This document shows, one piece after another, positions 1-9,318 of a stretch of DNA of 64,000 bases. The translations under genes and the position numbers were made by a program. The stretch is from Takakia lepidozioides. Taxonomy: Eukaryota; Plantae; Bryophyta. A model generated the notes under the pieces. The model was not told the origin of the DNA. It did not search any database and worked only from the letters and a program-made list of their open reading frames with translations. The stretch is from NCBI GenBank assembly GCA_030704615.1, contig CM060732.1:28334001-28398000 (forward strand), read 5' to 3'. The stretch's first letter is position 1. Each line of letters opens with the position of its first letter.

Positions 1-100
1 TTCCTCATAAACCCATAGCCTTTCAAATTGCATGTTGTGCGCATTTCAAGTCCAAACGTTAAATATTTCTTACGTATGCAATGTGTATTCCCTGTTTGCA

Positions 101-590
101 GATCGACAGAGAAATCACATGTTACTACGAGCCTGGTCCACACACTATTCCGCATTCAGAGAATTGGTTTGATGAAGCTTGATGAGTTCCGCACAGTGCT
201 ACATCCTGATGTCATCAAGAAGTGCGAAACAGGAAGATCTGCAGGGACCTGGTACTCGTTGGCCCGAGATGCATTTTTGGAGTACATGTATGCGGTATGG
301 CCCAAACCACTTCTTCCTATGTTATTACATACAAATTTTCAATTGTATGTCTGCTAATCCAATCATTGATACTTGCAGCAAGAACTGGCAGAGGCCGCCG
401 AAATCTGAGTACTACCGCACTACAGCAGAAGAACTGAGGACTGCTAAAGGAGTTGGAGCAGCCATAAAGAAGGAGTACGAGATAAGGAGAACAAAGTTGA
501 TGTCGGCCTTCCTGAAGCAATTGAGAATAGTGGATCCCGGACTTTGGGAGGAGTTCCTTCTCCAAAAAATCCCACTACGACAAGCATAGA
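101..590 (+). pseudogene. Fragment (two exons) of the accessory ParB/MTase-like gene of the outer element
   Basis: STEKSHVTTSLVHTLFRIQRIGLMKLDEFRTVL...EYMYA is near-identical to the inner-element exon at 7801-7993, with the same splice sites. A further exon follows (NWQRPPKSEYY...IVDPGL). Confidence 0.8.
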
Positions 591-594
591 ACAT

Positions 595-1369
595 TATGCA
601 GACACTTCGCACTGTCCGGTGTACAAAACCAAAGCGAATGGGATGGTGTCTCTGAGAATCAATTCAAGGCTGGATTGATGCCACCATACAATAATACTTT
701 TGTGTGTAAGTTCTGTAGGCTCGCACCTTCCTGTCTTACATTGTGTGGCGCCAGAATATACTATGTGGTACAACGATTCAATACCCTGACTAGAGCCTGT
801 GTCCATTTTGGTTATCACAATCAACCTGTGTCCAAGGGGTATTATAGGGAAAGCGTTGAGACAGTCTCGCGCCTCATAAGATAGGAGTTGGATAGCAATC
901 CAACTGGAACCACTTCTGCAATTGCGATGGAAGCGAGCAAGTCCTTCCTGGAAAGCCATATTCTCTGTGCAGCAGATTCTGTTGGAGTAATTGGAGGGAC
1001 CAGCTTTGGACATTGTTATGGACCATTTTTCAACATTGACTTCTCCAAACATTCGGAATCAAGTGAACGCTTTGAGAATGGGCTCTGGGAGCCGGGGTTA
1101 TATGGACAATATTATGGATTTGAAGAAAAGGAGCAGGTATAACTACATCCAAGACAGAGTTTTTCCGGGGCAAGGAGCCAAAAAAATATTCCTGTTCAAA
1201 ATGTCAACAAAAGGTGAAGGCAGCGGAGTTAGCCTGGTGAAACGTATGCAGAAGGGTGGCGATCTTGGCAATTGTTTTCTTATGTTCGATCACGTGAAGG
1301 GGGTTAAAGAGTGGACCACAATGGCATGTCATGTTTACGACCCAGTGTACCAGCGAGTCATGACAATTG
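595..1369 (+). pseudogene. Outer MULE transposase, 5' part (GCM-like zinc-binding region to first catalytic Asp)
   Basis: FVCKFC...CGARIYY...RACVHFGYHNQP and FLMFDHVK match the inner transposase. In-frame TAG at 882-884 and a frameshift near 990. Confidence 0.85.
1361..1369. repeat. Left 9-bp target site duplication TGACAATTG
   Basis: Identical 9-mer at 11894-11902. Removing the insert and one copy restores the transposase frame VMTIAVCD. Confidence 0.92.
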
Positions 1370-1615
1370 CAACGACGCAATGGCGTGAGCGTTGCACGTG
1401 AGCGCGCGAGCGTACGCTCACGCAGGAGTGACGTGGCGTGAGCGTACGCTCACGCCAGCTGACGTGGCGTGAGCCTGCACACATGCTGACGTGGCGTGAG
1501 CGTCATGTCAGCATGCTGATGTGGCGGTAAATGATGACATGGCACTGTCCGTCAACTGCCACGTCAGCATTAACATGCGCCGCCTATAACCGTGGATGGT
1601 CCTATGACCGTGGAA
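1370..1615. repeat. Left TIR and subterminal GACGTGGCGTGAGC repeats of the inner element
   Basis: Multiple copies of GACGTGGC and GCGTGAGC plus the palindromic GTGAGCGTACGCTCAC; similar to 11760-11893 and 14160-14329. Confidence 0.85.
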
Positions 1616-2019
1616 TTAATGCAGGGAATCTTGCCTAAATAGAATCAAGACGAGCGTTGAGGCCTACAATTACAGCATCCAACATTGTGCAATTACAAAT
1701 GCTTGTTTCACTTTTACAATTACGAAGACGACAAAATATCCTCACAAAGTGTGCGCCATAAAGGCTGCCACGAGAAGACTTCCTCTCTCCTCAAATAACA
1801 ATGAGAGTTATGATCATCTTCAAAAGATGATTGTAGTGCATAGCGACAGCAAGACATGTAGACTTCGAACGGTGCAATGACAAATGTGCACTACCTAAAA
1901 GTTGTCACTCAGAGCTCACTCCGTATAATTGGAGGCCATATCATTGCACAGCCGACGAATTGATGTGAATTACACATTTCAAATCATGGTCATCCACATA
2001 CCACATTACATAGTTCATG

Positions 2020-5000
2020 CTACCCATGTGTTGTATCCCGCTGCAAAAGAGTATCGACCTCGTTGAAACTCATAGTGGCCTGGTGAATGAAGTTGTCACG
2101 TTTGGGATCGCAAACCATCCTCCTCAAAAATATGAAATACAAATGTTTGCAGGGTATGAATTTACCTCTCTTGCCCAAACTGGTTGATAGCATATTCACA
2201 AAATCAGGACATGTGCAATTGGGGAAATTGGAAACCGTGATGTCGTAGGTCCTGTCATGAATAGCAGATGTGGAAGTGATGATTGTGAATACCCGACCAT
2301 ATCCTGGATCGGGTACTTCCGTGGTGCTTCCGACACGAGCTTGGAGCATTCTTGCGGACTCCACTTTGCCAAAGTGTTCAGCGGTTGGAGGGAAACGCCG
2401 AATGAGCTTTCCATCTCGTTTGGTTGGCCACAAGTCAGGATTTGCCGGGGGGACCCGGGAGGACGCAGAAGTAGTAGCACATGCATGGAGTTCGGGTTGT
2501 CTCGCAAGGGAAAAACCTGCCTCCTCCAGCATTTCAATCTCCTGAAAGCTGAGATGTGTTCCCACCTTCACGGGCCAAACGGTTGGAGGAGATGGCTTCA
2601 TCACTACGGAAGGACGCACAGTTCCATGCACACATCTGGCACAATCATCTGCGCAGAACAGAACTTGTGGTTCTTGGCTTCTGGTTGACCGTATGGACGC
2701 ATCAAGCCCGTGAAAGTCGGAGCAGGAGTTTGGGCACCACCTCTGGATATAGATGAAGTGCACTTCTCGAAATTAGTTGCCCTGATCGCTGTACATTTCA
2801 CACGAGACCCGACACTTGTGCGTTCTATGTGCCAAACGTGGTCGGGGCATGCGGACTCAAGCACATCAAGGGGGTTGTTTCTCTCCTGCACCATTTCAGT
2901 GGCACGGTTTGATGCTGGAGCTTGCCGTCGTGTTGGAGGTTCCTCCACAATGGAGGTTCCGGACATGGAGCTGTCATGCAGGGGAACACGAGGCTTCGAG
3001 AAGTTATCACGGTCTGCCCTGTGGGAATCTGAATCCGAACCAGGTGGAGTGTTCAATTTCCTCTTACAGGAGCCGAATCTCTCCTCCCCTTCAAGATGTG
3101 GAACTCTAGAAACAAGTGGCGTTCCCTGGGCATACATGCTCACCGCCCGTGCTATCTTGATTGGATCCCCAGATCTGTTTGCAGCACGCAACATCAACTC
3201 CCATTTGTCCGGACCCTTGCCACCAACCCCACCTCGTAAGAAATCACGGTATCGGGTTTGTTGTTGCAAGGCACGTATCAAATCATCTGTTGTTGCCACA
3301 TACAAATCCCGACCTCGTTTCCCAGACTGCTGCAACCATGCATTGTGCACAGTTTCTGCCAAATTGCAAGATGGCATGTCCGCCATTTCCTCAATGGACA
3401 TGTTCTGCAAAGAGGATAACCACACTTCAGAACAGTGCACAGGAAACAACATAAAGAAAGCAATGAGTCAAAAATATGGAAAGCAAATGTATGAATAAAG
3501 CATGAAATAGAAGCCTCGTACCATTGTCATGGCTGCTCCCCACTGTCTATACCGGAAGTGCCAAAACGCCAGCCAATCTTCCAATGCTCTCATACTCTCA
3601 AGTGATGCAGCTCCAGAAGAGAACCACCAGGCACGAATTGTCTGGAACAAAGTGTCCGCCTCCTTCATTGTTCTAGCATCTTTGTACTCTTTGCACAATT
3701 TACGGTGCTGAGTCTGCATCTCTGGTTTGATGTCCGACTTTGTATGTTTTTCCAGAGATTGTGTCCAATGGAATAGACATGTACGCTCTCTTCCTGGCAT
3801 AGGCACTTTTGGGTCGCCCGATCCGAAGACAATACGAATAGCATTGAAATTTGCTTGAGCACTATCCGCCATGAAACCTGCGAAATTTGGAGATGGCAGC
3901 CCATGGCAGCCCATGACACGTATCAGGGAATTCCACATGAGCTTCTGGGATTCCGTATCCTCGGATTGCATGTCACAAACTGCAATTGTCATAACTCGTT
4001 GGTACACTGGATCGTAGACATGACAAGCCATTGTCGTCCAATCCTTTCACTCGTTTCACATGATCAAACATAAGAAAACAGTTCTGCAAGTCCCCAGTCT
4101 TCTGCATCCGCTTCACGAGGCTAACCCCACTGCCCTCCCCAACAGTCGACATTTTGAAAAGAAATACTTTGATGGCACCTTGACCTGGGAATACATTGTC
4201 CTGGATGTAATCGTACTTGCTCACTCGTTTCAATTCCAAAATATTGTCTATGTAGCCTCTGATCCCAGAGCCCATTCTCAATGCATTGATCTGATGCCGA
4301 ATGTTAGGTGAACTTAAAGTGGAGAAATGATCCATGACCAGGTCCAATGCTGCACCGTCAAGTTTAGTCCCCACAGAATCTCCTTCACTCAAAATATGGC
4401 TTTCCAAGAAGGACTTGCTTGCGCCAAGAGCAATTGCAGATGTTGTTGCGGATGGGTTTCTCCCGAACTCCTGTTTGATCAACCTCGATACTGTCTCAAC
4501 ACTCTCCCTGTAATCCCCCTTCGAGACAGGATGGTTATGGAATCCAAAATGCACACAAGCTCTCGTCATTGTATTCAAACGGTGGACAACATAGTACATT
4601 CTTGCTCCGCAGAGCGCCAAACAGGATGGCACAAGTTTGCAGAATTTGCAGACGAAAGTGTTTGCCGGTGGAGGGGCAGTCCCAGGCTGAAATGGATTTT
4701 CCGCCAGACCCTCCCATTCGCTTTGATTATGAACCCCAGACTGAAGAAAGTGTCTGCAATTCAAATTATCACACCTAAGGTGTCCATTGCAAACTGTCCT
4801 CCTGAAAACAAGCTTGTCATCATTCTGAATATTGGATGTTTTTGTTCTGCACCACGGGTGCCCGTCGTGTTTCTTGTCCATTCCATGCATCATGATTGTT
4901 ACACCTCCAACTCGCGGAGGAGGAGGCAGCTCGAATAGGATATCGCCATCAAAAGTCTCCGGCAAGAACTTCACAGGCACCTGCTTCAAAGATTCCCAAT

Positions 5001-5535
5001 CAATTCCCCGCAACTCACTTTTGAATCCAGCCATTCCTCCCATCGCCCGCAATTTTGGAATGACACTACAAATCTCTTCTTCATCAGCTTCTGCAACCAC
5101 AGTAGGAAGGACTGGATTTGGAATTTCACTTATGTCATCATCGGAAGAATCCGAAAGCTCAACGATTGGAGTGGAGGAAGTCTGTTCTTTTTTCACCACC
5201 ACCTCCCTCTTGTCTTCAACGACCGAAGCAGCAGTCCCGGGCGTCACATATGACCCAAGGGACTTTCGCCGAGGCTCTCCAAGTACTCTGTATCGACCAG
5301 GACGCACTCTCCACTGGCTGATATGAGCCGTCTCATCACGGTTTTGGAAAGAATATTTCACCAACTTCCCTTTCAGATCGTAAACCTCTTTCTCCAAAAA
5401 GATGGAGCCATTCTGCAGCTGAAAACGGGTAGCCAAGACATGTTCCAGAACAATTGCAAATCCATTGTCAAGGACTTCCTGGGAGAACGGCACTGGTTTG
5501 TCGTCTGAGAAGAACTCCGCTTCAGAGGAAGCCAT
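2020..5535 (-). pseudogene. MULE-family DDE transposase with N-terminal GCM-like domain and C-terminal SWIM finger; one intron (3405-3521), two frameshifts
   Basis: Motifs: DGHPWCRTKTSNI..C..C/C..C/HFGFHNH (GCM/WRKY-like), FLMFDHVK (D1), FMADSAQANFNA (D2), CLFHW (CxxH), CNLAETVHN (E), CTCPDF..CKH (SWIM). One extra base near 4045 and one missing base near 2659 relative to the outer copy. The intron position is shared with the outer copy (12364-12457). Confidence 0.88.
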
Positions 5536-6810
5536 CTTCCTTCCTCGAGTATGTTTGTACCTTGCTATCGCAGATCTAGTGTAAATCGGTTTACTGCTGT
5601 CTCCAGAACACAGTTGAAGAATGAGCAGAGAATATGGCGGAGGAAGCTCAGATAACGACTGTGCATATTATGTTATTCTTTCCAGATATGCAGCCGTCCA
5701 TTTTAATTACTTTTCTTGTGGGCCCAGTGGTCAGAGTATCCCTAGGGGCAGTGTCGGCAACTGTTAAACCGTTAATCAGAACCTCATCAATAAACCCAAT
5801 AACAAAGCCGACTTCCTGGAAGCATGCCACAGGATCTGAGAATGGGATTGCAGATTAAGTAAATGTATCTATATACTACTACCAATGATCATGCGCACCT
5901 GGAAAGTTCCAAATGTGAAACGAATGTGGGGTTTGGCTAACAAGGATGACCGTGTATGATATTCCAAAATTTGTCATCAAACTCTCGTTCATTTATATTT
6001 ATTTGTTTAAGACTGCGCATCAATTTCTGGGATTCGCTGTTATTTTTAAATATTGAACCCGTTCTAATAAAGAACACGCCGTTTTTTTTGGGGCGGCACA
6101 CGTCAGACATCCATAACTGAATACGAACAGCTGTACACCAATTGCTGGCATGTGCACTAATAAGAAAACGACTATGTGTAACGGTCACGCGGGAGGGAAT
6201 CCGATGCTTCTAGAGACACGCAAGAACGCAGGCAATCCCGCAAGAAATCGGGAGTCACTGCGTTTTTCTACTTTTCGCGCTTAGAGGGAGAGTGGTAGTC
6301 AAGCTGGAGAGGGTTCCTTCTAGAATACGAAAGAGCAGAAAGTCTCTTTATTTTACTTCCCTTAGAGAGAGACGCAGAGCAAGAGAGAAAATGACGAGGC
6401 GTCGTTTGTTGGAGAACACAGGGCCAAGGCAGCAGGTGAACGCGGAGACTGATTCACAAGAGCAGACGGAGACTGAGGCAGCGGCTGCGACACAGTCGGC
6501 GATAAGAGTGCGCCAGCCTGTGGAGGCAGAGATGATTCGCAGGGACACTGAAGAAGGTGGAAGCACGCGGAACGCCGAACCTGGAGAAGGTCAAGAAACC
6601 CTTGCGCAGACAGAAACTCCAGCAGATGTGAGAGGGAAGAGGAAAGCTGCAGAAGGGGATCAAATTTCAAAACCTAAGAAGGTGCCAGTAAGTTTTATCA
6701 TATAGTCTGTCTGATTGCCTTTCAAGGAGTCCTTCCTCTTCCCTTCTTTAGCAGGAACTACTGAATTGTTTGAAGAGAGAGTCTGCACTTACTATTCTCC
6801 CTAAACTACA

Positions 6811-7035
6811 CTGAATGTCGTTGCCGCCAATCAGTTGCACATGTATGTCATTACACAACACCGATCCGGCAGGTCGTTATCTTTTGTGATTGTCGTTAAC
6901 GCCGTTCGCTATCGCTCTCGCTTTTGTTTTGAATACGGCAGTCTCAGCTTTGCATGTGTAGATTGTGCTGAATTCTTTCACACCATTCATGGTGAGTTTC
7001 CTTGATAGAGAGTGATGGTCGTTACCGCCATTCAC
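6811..7035. repeat. Degenerate copies of the GTGAATGKCGTTGACGMCATTCAC palindrome in intron 1 of the accessory gene
   Basis: CTGAATGTCGTTGCCGCCAATCAG (6811-6834), GTGATTGTCGTTAACGCCGTTCGC (6886-6909), GTGATGGTCGTTACCGCCATTCAC (7012-7035). Confidence 0.6.
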
Positions 7036-8596
7036 TATTTGCAAATCACTCAGTCAGAACTGAATGGCATCGTGCAGAAAACTGTGAGGTCGAAGCCTAC
7101 AGGATCAGAGGGGAAAGGATCTGGAGATGGGGACGAGTCCGCAAAAAGCTCAGAGAATACAGATGAAGCAGATGAATCCGAAGTGCACTACCTTGACAAG
7201 GTGAAAGAACTCATGTCATTCCAGAAGGTAAACTCTCAGGAGGTTATAAGGGACATGCTCGTATCTGGAGGGCGTCTGGACATACCTCTGTGCCGGATGA
7301 TATCAATGCCTGTTGTGCGTCCACCTCTTTCCCATGACATAACAAAATTGGAGAGTGATTTTGTGCATGGATATAGACTTGGTGCACAAGTTTTTTATGT
7401 GTCACTGACGGATATAAATGGGAAAAGCACATTAGTGTCTCCAGAGATCAGTGATAACTGGGATGAGTGCTGGAAAGATGCCAATGAGGAGTTCGAGCTG
7501 GGCCTCATGATGGGAAAGAACACCCAGCAATTCTGCAACCACATGTTCTACGTCTGGGACGGCAACCACCGATTGCTGACATGGATGGGATACATTCAGA
7601 AACACCATTCGAAAGACAAAGACAAGCATGTTGCTGTGGAGGCAATGGTTTTGGATCCAGGAAACGACATCGCTAGGCTTCTTACAGCTATGCACGACGT
7701 GAACAAGTAAGTCATCCAGGAGATTTCATTCCGTCTGTAGTGTCTTGTTAATCCTCAAAAAACAGTGTTAAGGAATGCAATGTTTCCAATGTTTTTGCAG
7801 ATCGACAGAGAAATCGCATGTGACAACAAGCTTGGTTCACACACTATTCCGAATTCAGAGGATTGGTCTGATGAAGCTGGATGATTTTCGGACAGTACTA
7901 CCACCCAATATCATCAAGAAGTGCGAAACAGGAAGAGCTGCAGGCACTTGGTATTCTTTGACACGAGAGGCGTTTCTGGAGTACATGTATGCGGTAAGCC
8001 CGAGTCTGTAATCTGTTTACTTTTCGAATACATGTTTGTAGTTCCTTCGGACAAAAATAAGGTGGCTGGAGATATGGAACTCAGATCAAACAGTAAGGAC
8101 TTGAATCAGTTCCCAAAGAGCACCATACAGCCTGGCACAAAGGTGGAAGGAATCAGTGATTTGGTGTTTGATAACTGGCTCCACAAGGCTACATTTTGGA
8201 GTCAGGTGTGTATTCGAACATGCTGTTTCTTCTCTTCAAGTATGTGGTGTGTATCTTTTTTGCAATTCTGACAAATATACTATTTGCAGCTCGAAAAGCG
8301 CGCCGTCATTGTGCTGGATCAGACTTTGAAGCGACCTGAACATTGCGATTGTTTCCCCTCCCCAAATGTCATTGGAGGCATACATAAGGAAGTGGAGAGG
8401 TCTCACCTGGAGATACTGTTTTTTCCGGGAGTTCTCCAAAGATGGTAACATTTTACGGTCCAACGACTTTGACAGTCAGGTTGGAGGAGAGTGGCCATGA
8501 TGCGAGTTGTGTACAGGTGCAATGTCATACTTGAAACTCTACTGTTTTTCTGGGAAAAAATGTGGCTTCATATGGATTGCAATCTTAGATCCAGAT

Positions 8597-9318
8597 TGAA
8601 TGTCGTTGACGACATTCACTTCTTTGTCTAAGTCATTCTTAAGCGAGTATATGATTCACCTGGTTAGGATCTAAGGGTGCAATTATATTGTCCCTGATTA
8701 GAATTGATAATGTCTTGAATGGCATTGACGACATTCACATACGGAGTTGTTGAGAGGTCCTCAGAGTTATTTAAATTTTTGTAATGTCCATAGAGGTTAC
8801 AGTGAGGGTTCCTCACTTCATTTTGCTGAATGTCAATGCAGACATTCAGTTGTTCTGCATTGTTTTTGCCTCTTGCGATGAATGTGGAGGCTTGATAAGC
8901 TCTGTTTTAAGAAATCCAAAGTGAATGTCGTTTGACGACTTTCACAGCTGTGTCTGTATTATTCAACAGCGACAAATTCAATTTACATGGATTGGGGAGC
9001 TAAGTAATTGGTTTCTTTTTTGTATTTTTGTGAATGGCGTTGACGCCATTCACATACAGTGATGTTGTGAGGTCCTCAGTGATAGGTTCGTTATGAATGT
9101 GCATTGAGTTTGCCTTGAGGGTTCCTTACTCAATTTTTGATTTCCATCTTGTGATTTTGCTTCATTTAAGTAATAATTTGGCTTCATTAGTGAATGTCGT
9201 TGACGTCATTCACTTCTATGTCTGTGTCATTTCTAAACGATAATTTGCATTCACCTGGATTAGGGTGTATTTACAGTGTCATTGAATGGAATGTTCTGAA
9301 TGGCGTTGACGACATTCA
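8597..9318. repeat. Intronic array of seven 22-25 bp palindromes within three diverged tandem units of about 270-320 bp
   Basis: Copies start at 8597, 8716, 8826, 8921, 9030, 9190 and 9297. The copies at 8597 (TGAATGTCGT-TG-ACGACATTCA) and 9030 (GTGAATGGCGT-TG-ACGCCATTCAC) have perfect arms. Confidence 0.9.

Noticed and set aside
2640-4060. Programmed frameshifting in the inner transposase
   Set aside because: The outer copy is in frame at both sites, so these are single-base indels from decay or sequencing error.
2710-4938. Long + strand ORFs (262 aa, 203 aa) as separate genes
   Set aside because: Antisense shadows of the transposase with no recognisable motifs.
8597-9318. CRISPR or TIGR-like array
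   Set aside because: Spacers are long (70-135 bp) and homologous between tandem units rather than unique; no cas or Nop-domain gene is recognisable; the array lies in a eukaryotic intron.
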